Of a DNA stretch of 64,000 nt, positions 11,013 through 21,028 are shown in pieces. A model generated the notes under the pieces. It was not told the DNA's origin, ran no database searches, and worked only from the letters and a program-made list of their open reading frames with translations. Position numbers and translations under genes: made by a program. Position 1 is the first letter of the stretch, and each line of letters opens with the position of its first letter. This stretch comes from an uncultured cyanobacterium. Lineage in GTDB: Bacteria > Cyanobacteriota > Cyanobacteriia > Pseudanabaenales > Pseudanabaenaceae. The stretch is from the NCBI GenBank assembly GCA_963703315.1, contig OY969811.1:2688001-2752000 (forward strand), given 5' to 3'.

Positions 11013-11507
11013 ATGACTTGTCCAGTTCCTAAAGATCAACAGCCATTAAATGAATATATTGAGCTTAAGGAAGCTTTCTTTTACCGTTGGGCAAAACTGG
11101 CGCGATCGCAATACTTAAAAGTTTTATTTCTGATGTGGCTGGGTTTTACGGTCATTTTTTCACCAGTTGCCATGAGCATCGCATCACCTAGTCGTCATTT
11201 GTGGCAATTTATCTGCGTGGCAAGCATCGGCGGCATGGTAGGGCTAATTTTGCCAGTATTGCTATTACTCTCAGGATGGAGTCATGTGAAGCAACGCCTT
11301 GATAGCGCTAAGATTTTTTATGAAGAGTCGGGGTGGTATGACGGACAAACATGGGAAAAGCCAGAAGCAGATTTGACAAAGGATCGCTTGCTGGTTGCCT
11401 ATGAAATTAAGCCTATTTTAAATAGATTACAAATAACACTATTGACAATCATTGGGGTTCTTGTACTTAGCTTTGGCACTTTAAAGATTTTCGGCTCTGC
11501 AATTTAA
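11013..11507 (+). CDS. ycf36: CGLD27/Ycf36 (DUF1230) family protein
   Basis: CPVP..QQP.NEY and YEESGWYDGQTWEKP motifs. Confidence 0.85.
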   Translation: MTCPVPKDQQPLNEYIELKEAFFYRWAKLARSQYLKVLFLMWLGFTVIFSPVAMSIASPSRHLWQFICVASIGGMVGLILPVLLLLSGWSHVKQRLDSAKIFYEESGWYDGQTWEKPEADLTKDRLLVAYEIKPILNRLQITLLTIIGVLVLSFGTLKIFGSAI

Positions 11508-11531
11508 TCAAAAGTTGGTTAGTACAAACAT

Positions 11532-11584
11532 AAACCCAAGAAGCGAGTGGCGGCGCTCCGCGCCGCCACTCGCTTCTTGGGTTT
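11532..11584. repeat. Intergenic long-hairpin repeat (25-bp perfect stem, 3-nt loop)
   Basis: AAACCCAAGAAGCGAGTGGCGGCGC-TCC-GCGCCGCCACTCGCTTCTTGGGTTT; family member. Confidence 0.85.
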
Positions 11585-11647
11585 TGTCCTAAGCAAAACT
11601 TTTTTGCTATAAAACTAAAAATGGCGTAGCCATTTTTAGTTTTGGTA

Positions 11648-12337
11648 TTACCATGCAGGATGCGAAAAAATTGCCTGCATGGTTTTATTGCCACGCAATT
11701 GATTAGAGAGCGGTAAATGCCCTCTTGGTGCATCAAGGCTCCAAATAAACTCATTGGGATAACGAGTAAAGGAACCATCTTTTTTCCAGCCTATCTTTAA
11801 CCAAAACTTTTCCCAACCTTTGCCCAAACTTAGCCAGATTTTACGCTGTACCGAGAAGCCAAACTTGCCTTCGGAATATACTAGCCATAGTTGATTAATT
11901 GTCTGTAAATCACTTACAGGGATTAACTTTGCTTCTGTGAAATATAGCCAACCTCTTGCGAAGGCATCAGCACTCGCCGCTTCGCATAGTTTTTTGCTAG
12001 TAATTCGATCCGCTTCTTCAAAGTCTTGTTTTGCTAGCAAAATTTGAATTGGTTGATAGTCGATCGCCTTTTCCGACTTTAAGGTAACGACACCATGAGG
12101 ATAATGGGTTTGGGCTAATTCCATCGCTCTTGGCAAATCACTTTGTAATAAGACTTGATGGATTTTGCCATCAATCCAAGTCACTTCAGTATTTGTAGCT
12201 TTACGAGTTTGAATAAATTCATCCAATATTTGTAAGCCTTCTTCGCCAAATTTGACTATTTCAGCGATCGCAGGTAATTGATTTGCCTCTTTACCTGAAA
12301 ATAATTTATCTTTTAACGCGGTCAGTTGTGTATCCAT
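11648..12337 (-). CDS. gun4: GUN4 (Ycf53) porphyrin-binding Mg-chelatase activator
   Basis: LW..YS.GKFGFSVQRKIW and APRGHLP motifs. Confidence 0.88.
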   Translation of the reverse strand: MDTQLTALKDKLFSGKEANQLPAIAEIVKFGEEGLQILDEFIQTRKATNTEVTWIDGKIHQVLLQSDLPRAMELAQTHYPHGVVTLKSEKAIDYQPIQILLAKQDFEEADRITSKKLCEAASADAFARGWLYFTEAKLIPVSDLQTINQLWLVYSEGKFGFSVQRKIWLSLGKGWEKFWLKIGWKKDGSFTRYPNEFIWSLDAPRGHLPLSNQLRGNKTMQAIFSHPAW

Positions 12338-12398
12338 CAGATCTTAAAAAATCGCAAAAATCGCACCACTTTGAATTTACACCTTTAATACCAAAACT

Positions 12399-12452
12399 AA
12401 AACCCAAGAAGCGATTTGCGGCGCAAAGCGCCGCAAATCATCTTCTGGTTTT
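12399..12452. repeat. Intergenic long-hairpin repeat (imperfect)
   Basis: GATTTGCGGCGC-AAA-GCGCCGCAAATC core with AAAACC/GGTTTT arms. Confidence 0.75.
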
Positions 12453-12480
12453 ATGTCCTCAGCAAAACTTGCACAGAACT

Positions 12481-12513
12481 TAAAAAGCAGCACCCATTGG
12501 GTGCTGCTTTTTA
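12481..12513. terminator. Rho-independent terminator
   Basis: TAAAAAGCAGCACCCA-T-TGGGTGCTGCTTTTTA just downstream of the 12527-13105 gene. Confidence 0.7.
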
Positions 12514-12526
12514 AAATTTTAGCTAA

Positions 12527-13105
12527 TTAGTCGATGTAACCCATAAGTCCTGCATTGTCGATCGCATTAGACGCAACAGGTCTTGTCCCACCCATTTGCG
12601 AGTAAGTGTCATTGATTACTAAGCCTGCGGAGCCGACAGGACGCTCACCAGCGATATAAAACTTATCAACAATCACAAAGCCATCTTCGACCACAGGACG
12701 CTCGCCTGAGGAGAAAAATGTACTTGTGACATGGACACCACCACTGGTGATCGGACGGATTGCACCCATTGAGTTGTAAGAACTACTAATTACTAACTTG
12801 CTAGCCTCAACAGGACGTTCACCCGAACTGTTGAAATATTCAACGGCACGGAAGCCACCATCAACAATGGGGCGATCGCCATAATGCTTAATAGTTTCAG
12901 TCACAATTAATGATCCTTTTTGAGCGATTGAGGCGGCGACAGGCTTAGAGTCTTCTTTGACTGCTAAAGCTGCGATATCGACAGTACCAGTCGCTTGATT
13001 TTTGGTAGCAGTGGACTCAGTTTCAGACTTAGCCTTGGTAGGACGATTTTTGTCTGTATTTTCAGTTTTGGGGCTATCTGCCTTAGCTTCGGGGCTGTTA
13101 CTCAT
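12527..13105 (-). CDS. Hypothetical protein with about six tandem ~19-20 aa G-x-RP(I/V) repeats
   Basis: 192 aa ORF; repeats GDRPI, GERPV, AIRPI, GERPV, GERPV, GTRPV; ends LMGYID. Confidence 0.7.
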   Translation of the reverse strand: MSNSPEAKADSPKTENTDKNRPTKAKSETESTATKNQATGTVDIAALAVKEDSKPVAASIAQKGSLIVTETIKHYGDRPIVDGGFRAVEYFNSSGERPVEASKLVISSSYNSMGAIRPITSGGVHVTSTFFSSGERPVVEDGFVIVDKFYIAGERPVGSAGLVINDTYSQMGGTRPVASNAIDNAGLMGYID

Positions 13106-13394
13106 ACTGGTTTAATCCTCAAATTTATTCCTAAAAAAATCTTGATTACTTGTAATTGCTCTTAATTTTTTCGCGATCGCTAAAAAACTTTTAAAGTTAT
13201 AACCTTTCAAGTTAATTCTACAGAAAAAGTCAATGTTATTAATCTTTTGACAAATTGCTTATTGATTGACCCAGAAAACAGTCAAGCCCCACCAAATTAA
13301 CCAAAACCCTTTTACAAGCAAGATTCTCCAACTGTTGGATCTTATTTCATAGGACATTGTGATAAGACTCATCAGATATCGCAATATTAAGTCA

Positions 13395-13445
13395 AAACCC
13401 AGTAGAGAGTGGCGGCGCATAGCGCCGCCACTCTCTACTGGGTTT
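13395..13445. repeat. Intergenic long-hairpin repeat (24-bp stem)
   Basis: AAACCCAGTAGAGAGTGGCGGCGC-ATA-GCGCCGCCACTCTCTACTGGGTTT. Confidence 0.85.
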
Positions 13446-13470
13446 GTCTACGACACATTGTGTCGTGATT

Positions 13471-14022
13471 TTATCCCACTGCTGGCATGACTCTAGGTAG
13501 CTCTAGACGTTGCTGGGCAGATGGACGGCGGGTACGACCTGACAAACGGAAACTGAGGCTTTGCAATTCGATGTGCAACTGACGGTTTTCCTTTTGCAGC
13601 GCTTCAATTTTTTGTTTGATGGGGACAATGCGCTCAGCAAACTTAGCGCGATAAATATTTGGCAATTCCTGTACGACCTGTTCTAACATCCGATTGCGAT
13701 CGCTCATTTCTTGAATGGTTTGACGAAGTTCAACGGCTTCGCGATCGCGATCTTGGATTTGGGCTTGGGTTGCCATCAATTGATTTTCGACCATTGCCAG
13801 CTTTTGTTCCAAAAAGCGCATTTCTTCTGAATGCTGCTCATGCACTTCAGGATTGGGCAGAAAAGCGGTATTCCCCTTTACCAAGCGAAAAAGCTCTTCG
13901 GAAAGCTGCTGTACGAGTAGATCTTTTTGCTCTAGCTCGACCTTAAGTAAATTAATTTCCTGCTGAAGATTTACTGCTGTATTCTCGGAGGGATTTGCTA
14001 GGGTATTTACTGTGGCATTCAT
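13471..14022 (-). CDS. Conserved cyanobacterial coiled-coil protein (Npun_F5560-like)
   Basis: LVQQLSEELFRLVKGN and LEQVVQELP.IYR.KF motifs; heptad pattern. Confidence 0.75.
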   Translation of the reverse strand: MNATVNTLANPSENTAVNLQQEINLLKVELEQKDLLVQQLSEELFRLVKGNTAFLPNPEVHEQHSEEMRFLEQKLAMVENQLMATQAQIQDRDREAVELRQTIQEMSDRNRMLEQVVQELPNIYRAKFAERIVPIKQKIEALQKENRQLHIELQSLSFRLSGRTRRPSAQQRLELPRVMPAVG

Positions 14023-14136
14023 AGCTGCGATTCTTTGGGGGATTTAGGCTAAGATTTATAGCACACAAGTACTGAATTGGCAATTTTTTGAAACATCTTT
14101 GAAGCAGCATACTCAGAATCGCGCCTAAACCCTAAC

Positions 14137-14766
14137 ATGATCAACACCCAAGAATCGCCAATTAACCATTATTTGCCTATAACTCCTTTTCAAGGAAACC
14201 TCGAAGATCATATATTGCTAGCTGCTACTCAGTCGGCACTTCAGTTACAAACCTATTTACTCAAAAACTCAATTTCCTACGCTCAATCCGTAAGTGGAAA
14301 TCTCATTCTCAAAACCACGCTCAAAAACACATTGGAAACCCTCACCAAATCTACGGAAGCGGATGAAGGCAGTATTTTTTTGATAGATGAAGACGGGGTG
14401 ATCATGGAGAGCATTTTGGCGCGAGGTCCCGTCACTCGGGATCTCAAGGATTCGGTAATTTCTAAGGTATTAGATGATGGCTTAGCGGGTTGGGCATTGC
14501 GACATCGACAAATTGGGCTTATCTATGATGCAGTTCTGGACGATCGCTGGGTACAGTTACCCGATCAACCATACATAGCGCGTTCGGCTCTGGCAGTTCC
14601 TTTAATCTATGGGATTGAGGCGATCGGCATTATTACGCTGACCCATGCTCAGCCAAATCATTTTGATGAGGCGATCGCGATGATGATGCAATATGCGATG
14701 GAGGGAATTACGGCGATTATTCTAAATGCTAGATTACATTCAGAATATCGACCTTTAGGGCTATAG
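14137..14766 (+). CDS. GAF domain protein
   Basis: GLAGW, RSALAVPL, IGIITL GAF-like motifs. Confidence 0.8.
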   Translation: MINTQESPINHYLPITPFQGNLEDHILLAATQSALQLQTYLLKNSISYAQSVSGNLILKTTLKNTLETLTKSTEADEGSIFLIDEDGVIMESILARGPVTRDLKDSVISKVLDDGLAGWALRHRQIGLIYDAVLDDRWVQLPDQPYIARSALAVPLIYGIEAIGIITLTHAQPNHFDEAIAMMMQYAMEGITAIILNARLHSEYRPLGL

Positions 14767-14801
14767 TTTGATGAACAAGGGGCTTAAACCCCTTGCCCGT
14801 G

Positions 14802-16415
14802 CTAATTTTCAGGTGGCAAAGAAATAGGACTGAGTTTGAGATTTGGGTGATCGGACTTAATTTGTTCTAGATTCCATTGGTTTTTAAACAGCAACACAGG
14901 ACGTTCCCAACGATCTTTGACGACAAAGGTGTTGAATAAACGACCAACTTTTTCCAGCGCTTCCCAGCCATCCACCACCCACTGAGCCACAGAATAGGGT
15001 AGTAGTTCCAAATAGGTTTCTACACCGTACTCTTGAGCTAAGCGAAACTGAACTACCTCAAACTGAAGCTGTCCAACTGCCGCCAGTACAGGGTCACGCT
15101 TACTTTCATCAGTGGAATTGAGAATTTGCACGGCTCCTTCCTCTTGGAGTTCCGAAACGCCTTTATTGAAACTCTTGTACTTAGTCGGATCGGTATTGCG
15201 GAGGTAGGCAAATAGCTCAGGAGAAAATGATGGAATGCTGGGAAAGCGCAGTTTGGAGCCAACACAGACCGTATCGCCAATCACAAAGCTTCCCGGATTA
15301 TTTAAGCCCACTACATCGCCAGCGTAGGCAGTCTCTACAGTCTCGCGATCCTGAGCAAATAATTTTTGCGGACGAGATAGGCGCATTGTTTTGCCAGTTC
15401 GCGCATGGGTGACCACCATATCCTTCTCAAACTTGCCCGAACAAACTCGCAGAAAGGCGATGCGATCGCGATGTTTGGGGTCCATATTCGCTTGCAACTT
15501 AAAGACAAAACCTGAAAATTCGGGGCTTGTGGGCAAGACTTCACCGCGATCGCTATTATGGGGAGTTGGCTTGAGGGCATATTCTAAAAATGCTTCCAGA
15601 AATAGCTCTACCCCAAAATTATTCATGGCACTGCCAAAAAATACGGGTGTGACTTTGCCGTGATGAATTGCTGCTAAGTCCAGTTCGCCGCCAAGCCCAT
15701 CAAGGAGTTCTAAATCTTCTAATAATTGCGCGTACAAATTAGGATCGAGCAATGACTCAATTTCAGGATCATCAAGAGCAACCACAGTTTCATTGGCTTT
15801 TTTGCTACCGTGAGAAGTTCTCGTAAATAAATGAATGACTTGCTGGCGGCGATCGTAGACACCTTGAAACTGATCACCCGTACCGATCGGCCAATTCACG
15901 ACATAGGTGGTTAAGCCAAGTTCCTGCTCGATTTCGTCAATCAGTTCTAGGGGTGTCATACTAGGGCGATCGAGCTTATTGATAAAGGTAAAAATCGGCA
16001 GCGATCGCATTCGACAAACTTCAAACAATTTACGGGTTTGCGTTTCTAGTCCTTTAGCCGCATCAATTAGCATCACTGCATTATCCGCCGCCGCTAAAGT
16101 ACGATAGGTATCTTCACTAAAATCTTGGTGTCCTGGGGTATCAAGTAAATTTAGTAAGTGCTTTTGATATTCAAACTGCATCACTGTGGAGGTAATGGAA
16201 ATACCACGCTGTTGTTCCATTTCCATCCAGTCAGAAGTGGCACTCCGTTGCGATCGCTTTGCCTTAACTGCTCCTGCTTCTTGAATTGCACCTCCATATA
16301 GCAATAATTTTTCCGTAAGTGTGGTTTTACCTGCGTCAGGGTGAGAAATAATCGCAAAATTACGGCGGCGATCGACTTCTATCCCTAATTCGGCAGCAAT
16401 TGGGTCAATTTGCAT
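14802..16415 (-). CDS. prfC: Peptide chain release factor 3
   Basis: [51 protein letters not shown]. Confidence 0.97.
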   Translation of the reverse strand: MQIDPIAAELGIEVDRRRNFAIISHPDAGKTTLTEKLLLYGGAIQEAGAVKAKRSQRSATSDWMEMEQQRGISITSTVMQFEYQKHLLNLLDTPGHQDFSEDTYRTLAAADNAVMLIDAAKGLETQTRKLFEVCRMRSLPIFTFINKLDRPSMTPLELIDEIEQELGLTTYVVNWPIGTGDQFQGVYDRRQQVIHLFTRTSHGSKKANETVVALDDPEIESLLDPNLYAQLLEDLELLDGLGGELDLAAIHHGKVTPVFFGSAMNNFGVELFLEAFLEYALKPTPHNSDRGEVLPTSPEFSGFVFKLQANMDPKHRDRIAFLRVCSGKFEKDMVVTHARTGKTMRLSRPQKLFAQDRETVETAYAGDVVGLNNPGSFVIGDTVCVGSKLRFPSIPSFSPELFAYLRNTDPTKYKSFNKGVSELQEEGAVQILNSTDESKRDPVLAAVGQLQFEVVQFRLAQEYGVETYLELLPYSVAQWVVDGWEALEKVGRLFNTFVVKDRWERPVLLFKNQWNLEQIKSDHPNLKLSPISLPPEN

Positions 16416-16745
16416 AAATTTCTAATTTTAGACTGTTATTGATAAACTGTAACGATGAAACCTTCTCCAACTTCTTCTATTTCTTCCTTAAACTTCTCCA
16501 TTGATCAGTTACCTGGATTAAGTGCCGAGGATTGTGCCAAGCTCAAAGATCATGGTATCACCACGACTATATCTTTGCTAAAAAAGGCAGGTCGGAGCCG
16601 ATCGCAAAAAGAAGCTCTAGCCATTGCTCTGGGGGTCAGATTTCAACTATTAACAAAATGGTTAGCTTTTGCGGACTTAGCGCGTATTCCCTCGGTGGGT
16701 TGTCAACATTGCGGCGCGATCGTGCATAGTGGTATTGTGTCTATA

Positions 16746-17647
16746 GAACCCATTTGATATCTTAAGAAGTAGCGGCAAGACGCTTAAGCATAAGCCTGAT
16801 AAAGCATAACTTGAGTCTAGCATTGGCATTGACCAGAGTTCTGTCAAAGTTTTTAACAAGGCTTTTACATCTCTCCACCCAAGCATTGCTTCTTTCCACA
16901 ATCCAACGCATAGGAATAACAACGAAACCAGATATTCCTTGAGATTTCTTTTCATGCTTAGACATTTTCGGTGCAACCTTAAACCTAATCTTGGTCATAA
17001 TCTGAGAGTAAATCTTTTCTAATTCTTTAGTTAAATATTCAGGATTGTAGCCGTGATCTACCATGACTGTGATCTTAGGAATGTTGACGGGTTTGGCTTT
17101 GAAGTAATCTATGTTTGCCTCAAACATCTCAATCAAGCCCATGTCATCAGACACACTAGCTTTGGTGCAATGAGTAAAGAAAGGAAAACCAAGCGAATCA
17201 ATACCCAAATGTCGTTTGATGCCGTTAGTAGCTTTGTAGAAGCAGAAACCTTTGGAATCAACACTTGCATTACAAGTATTTTTTGTAGCTTGTGAATCAA
17301 CAATAATTAAGGTTGTCCACTTAGGCTTTTTTTTTACTTGTTCTCTTGTCTGCGCGTGTAATTGTTCGCTAATTGTATCTAGGACTCTTGCTTCGCGCCA
17401 TTGCTTGTAGTACCAATACACTGTGGAGTAAGGCGGTAGATCTTTGGGTAAGTCTGCCCAATTGCATCCATTCTTCAGTTGGTAGAATATTCCATTGAGT
17501 ATTTCGCGTTTTGTCCATTCTGGTGGTCTTGTCTTCTTTTTCTTTGGTAATAGAGGTTCTATGATCTCCCACTCTTTATCGCTTAAGTCTGTTGTATATC
17601 CCATCTTTTAGCCGTTTTTACTTTATTATAAGATATCAAATGGGTTC
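16746..17647 (-). mobile_element. IS5-family insertion sequence
   Basis: 19-bp terminal inverted repeats GAACCCATTTGATATCTTA; TATA on both flanks (exact TSD length ambiguous). Confidence 0.9.
16762..17604 (-). CDS. IS5-family DDE transposase
   Basis: Y.TDLSD.EW, W.DLP.D.PP.STVY, IVDSQ, RWIVER motifs. Confidence 0.92.
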   Translation of the reverse strand: MGYTTDLSDKEWEIIEPLLPKKKKTRPPEWTKREILNGIFYQLKNGCNWADLPKDLPPYSTVYWYYKQWREARVLDTISEQLHAQTREQVKKKPKWTTLIIVDSQATKNTCNASVDSKGFCFYKATNGIKRHLGIDSLGFPFFTHCTKASVSDDMGLIEMFEANIDYFKAKPVNIPKITVMVDHGYNPEYLTKELEKIYSQIMTKIRFKVAPKMSKHEKKSQGISGFVVIPMRWIVERSNAWVERCKSLVKNFDRTLVNANARLKLCFIRLMLKRLAATS

Positions 17648-18016
17648 TATAGAGCAGCTTGCCCAAACTCCCCTTGATAAGCTCCATCAACAAATTATGC
17701 GGTTACAAGTTCAAAACTTTCAAAGAGCTGATTTGTGTCCCAATATTGCCGAAATGTCAATCTGGATTAAGCAAGCTAAACAATTGACATCTGCTAAAGT
17801 ACGCAAAAATTCGGATTAGTGAAGATAGATAGTTAGCTAGTAGCTGAACGTCACAGACTTTATGAATTTTGAGTAGGTTCGGGGTTGATCCTCAACGGGA
17901 TTGTGATTAGGGGTGTAAGAGCAATTCATGTAAAATAAAATAAGATAAAACCAAAAATATTTTGATATCGTTATTTGAGATATGAATGCTATAAGAGAGC
18001 TTATTTTAGGTAAGTT

Positions 18017-18247
18017 ATGAACTACCGAAATCACATCACGATTGAACCTAATAAGCGCAGTGGTAAACCATGTGTACGTGGTTTGCGAATTACGGTTTAT
18101 GAAGTGCTTGATTATCTAGCTTCTGATATGACGGAAGCAGAAATACTCGAAGACTTTCCCGATCTGACGCAGGAAGATTTGAAGGCGTGTATTGCTTATG
18201 CGGCTGACCGAGAGCGTCGGTTTATGACAGTGCCAATATCCGCATGA
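18017..18247 (+). CDS. DUF433 family antitoxin
   Basis: GKPCVRGLRITV...EILEDFPDL; overlaps the next gene (ATGA). Confidence 0.88.
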   Translation: MNYRNHITIEPNKRSGKPCVRGLRITVYEVLDYLASDMTEAEILEDFPDLTQEDLKACIAYAADRERRFMTVPISA

Positions 18248-18576
18248 ATTTACTTTTTGATGAAAATCTGTCTCCCCAGTTGCCGATCCGTTTGAATGAC
18301 ATTTTCCCAAATTCGTTACACGTTCGAGATGTGGGGATGAAATCAACTATCGATCCCATAGTTTGGGATTATGCCAAGTCCAATGATTTGATGATTGTCT
18401 CGAAAGATTCTGATATGCACGACCTCAGCTTAGTATTCGGGAATCCCCCAAAGGTTATTTGGATTCGGCTTGGTAACTGTTCGACTTCACAAGTGGAAAG
18501 CCTTCTAAGAAAAGATTTTGAGGCGATCGCCTTATTTTATCAAGATAAGTATTTATCTCTGCTTTCCTTAGGATGA
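18244..18576 (+). CDS. DUF5615 PIN-like toxin
   Basis: LLFDENLS, IVSKDSD, PPKVIWIRLGN. Confidence 0.88.
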   Translation: MNLLFDENLSPQLPIRLNDIFPNSLHVRDVGMKSTIDPIVWDYAKSNDLMIVSKDSDMHDLSLVFGNPPKVIWIRLGNCSTSQVESLLRKDFEAIALFYQDKYLSLLSLG

Positions 18577-18613
18577 AATAGTGCAATCTGACAATGAGTA
18601 AGTCCTAAGTCCT

Positions 18614-18964
18614 ATGTCACAGTTTTATTTAGATTTAATTCGGAATTTGCAAGGTCAGTTAAAAATATTGCAAGAGGCGATCTCCCTCCAGTTAGAACCT
18701 GCACCTGAAATTGTCAAAGACTGGCAGCGATCGCATAGTGCCATCCAAACTTTTTTCCAAACTAATATTGTGAATACTCAGCTAGAAGTCACACCTCACA
18801 ATTTGTCTTTACAGGTAGAAATCGACAAACAGCTAAAAATGCTTCGTGTAGATTTGACCATGTTGCAAACTTCACGCAATCCTACGACATGGCAAAAGCG
18901 ACATCAGCAGGCTGGCGATCGCTTGCGGTTATTACAAAAATATTGCCAAATGCACGCTAATTAG
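18614..18964 (+). CDS. PatD-like protein
   Basis: EIDKQLKML..DL..LQ.SR...T...R motif resembles the PatD family. Confidence 0.6.
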   Translation: MSQFYLDLIRNLQGQLKILQEAISLQLEPAPEIVKDWQRSHSAIQTFFQTNIVNTQLEVTPHNLSLQVEIDKQLKMLRVDLTMLQTSRNPTTWQKRHQQAGDRLRLLQKYCQMHAN

Positions 18965-19124
18965 CCACTTAATTAGACACAGACCCAGCCAAGAATTGCG
19001 CCGCAATTCTTGGCTGGGTTTTCTGATCATTGGTCAAATTTGGGCGCGAAACGTTTTGCTGTAAACTTATACAATAATTGATAGATATTAGTATAAACAT
19101 AGTAAAAACTCTATAGTAAAATCA

Positions 19125-20996
19125 ATGATCCTAGAAACAGCTTGGTTACTTCCTTGCTATGGTTTGCTGGGTGCAGGGCTGACACTTCCTTGGTCATTAA
19201 GGATAGTGCGTCGTACTGGCCCGCGCCCTGCGGTTTACCTAAATATATTAATGACAGTGCTTACCCTAGTGCATAGTTGCTGGCTACTAACCTCAATTTG
19301 GGGTCAACCGACTCAACAGTTTGAGTTTGTTTGGTTTCAAGCTCTTGATTTAAATATTGCTTGTTCTTTAGAAATTTCTACGATTAGCGCTGGTGCATCG
19401 GTAATGATCGCCACCATGAGCTTAATCTCGCAGGTCTATGGATTAGGCTCTCTAGAAACTGACTGGGCGATCGCCAGATTTTGCGCGTTGATTGGCTTTT
19501 TTGAAGCAGCGATTACAGGAATAGCTTTTAGTGACTCGTTATTTTTTAGCTATGCCTTGCTGGAAATGCTTACCTTGTCTACTTATTTATTAGTAGGCTT
19601 CTGGTATGCCCAGCCTTTAGTAGTGACCGCCGCTAGAGATGCCTTTTGGACAAAGCGAGTTGGTGACTTATTTTTATTAATGGGTGTGGTCACACTCGCT
19701 AATCTCACTAATAGCCTCAATTTTTCTGATTTAAAGGAATGGGCTGCGGCTCCAGAAACGATCGCCTATTTTGCGGATCATCAACAATTTGGCACTTTAC
19801 TAGGCTTAGCTCTCATCGCAGGTCCTCTAGGTAAATGCGCTCAGTTTCCATTGCACCTATGGCTTGATGAAGCGATGGAAGGACCTAACCCCGCATCGAT
19901 TTTACGAAATTCGGTGGTTGTGGGAGCAGGAGCTTATGTGTTGATTAAGTTTCAGCCAATTTTATCGTTGTTCCCAGTTGCCTCGGAAGCTTCAGTGATC
20001 ATTGGTGCGATTACAGCGATCGGGACTTCTTTGGTGGCGATCGCCCAGATCGACATGAAACGTGCCTTGGCTCACTCTACCAGTGCTTATCTTGGTTTGG
20101 TGTTCATCGCTGTGGGGATGCAACAAACAGACCTTGCACTAGGTTTGCTCTTTAGTCATGGTATCAGTAAATCTCTGTTATTCCTCAGTTCTGGTGCAGT
20201 GATGATGACCACGATGACTCAAGATCTCACAGAAATGGGTGGATTGAGAACCAGAATGCCCGCAACTCTAGTTGGTTTCATTGTCGGCTCCCTCGGTCTA
20301 GTGGCTTTGTTTCCCTTTGGTGGATTTTGGACACTTTTACGATGGGAAGAAACTTTTTGGGATAGCAACTCTTGGCTAGTAATCATTGCTTTATCAGTTA
20401 ACTGCATTACTACCTTCGGACTCACCCGAATGTTTGGGATGGTTTTCTTGGGACAAATTCAACCCAAAACCCGTCGCGCTCCTGAAGTAGCTTGGCAAGT
20501 AGCAACTCCCCTAATCGCTCTGACGATCATTACTTTGCTCGTTCCCATTTTGTTGCCATCATGGGGATTTGTGAATATTGACTTAAATACAGTTGATATT
20601 GCGGGTAGTGTGGCGCTAATTACATCAGGTTTACTAGGATTTGGTTTAGGTGCATATATCTATATGAAACCCTATGAAACAGGTAGCTCAGTACCATTGC
20701 CTCCAAGATTTCTGCGTGGCTCATGGAAAGCTATCTACGATTTACTTGCCTACGACCTATATGTACAAGCAATTTATAAATATACCGTAGTCTTAATCGT
20801 CGGTGGTGGCTCCAAGCTTCTATCTTGGGTCGATCGCTACTTGGTTGATGGTTCTGTTAACTTTGTGGGATTTGCTTCCATTTTTAGCGGAGAAAGCCTG
20901 AAATACACAGTAACAGGTCGATTACAGCAATACGTTTTAACAATCTTAATTGGTTTAATTCTGATCGGCTTTGCCGCTTTTTATAGATTGAACTAA
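19125..20996 (+). CDS. ndhF4: NDH-1 subunit F of the CO2-uptake complex (probably NdhF4)
   Basis: RTGPRPA.Y.N, WLDEAMEGPNPASILRNS; F3 versus F4 assignment by eye. Confidence 0.8.
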   Translation: MILETAWLLPCYGLLGAGLTLPWSLRIVRRTGPRPAVYLNILMTVLTLVHSCWLLTSIWGQPTQQFEFVWFQALDLNIACSLEISTISAGASVMIATMSLISQVYGLGSLETDWAIARFCALIGFFEAAITGIAFSDSLFFSYALLEMLTLSTYLLVGFWYAQPLVVTAARDAFWTKRVGDLFLLMGVVTLANLTNSLNFSDLKEWAAAPETIAYFADHQQFGTLLGLALIAGPLGKCAQFPLHLWLDEAMEGPNPASILRNSVVVGAGAYVLIKFQPILSLFPVASEASVIIGAITAIGTSLVAIAQIDMKRALAHSTSAYLGLVFIAVGMQQTDLALGLLFSHGISKSLLFLSSGAVMMTTMTQDLTEMGGLRTRMPATLVGFIVGSLGLVALFPFGGFWTLLRWEETFWDSNSWLVIIALSVNCITTFGLTRMFGMVFLGQIQPKTRRAPEVAWQVATPLIALTIITLLVPILLPSWGFVNIDLNTVDIAGSVALITSGLLGFGLGAYIYMKPYETGSSVPLPPRFLRGSWKAIYDLLAYDLYVQAIYKYTVVLIVGGGSKLLSWVDRYLVDGSVNFVGFASIFSGESLKYTVTGRLQQYVLTILIGLILIGFAAFYRLN

Positions 20997-21028
20997 ATGT
21001 CATCATCTTTTCCTTTTCCTTCCTAAAT

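Larger units (their letters stand above)
16455..17819 (+). pseudogene. DUF4332-like helix-hairpin-helix protein interrupted by an IS5-family element
   Basis: Removing 16746-17647 and one TATA copy restores the frame ...GIVSI-EQLAQTP...; ADLARIPSVG motif. Confidence 0.8.
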
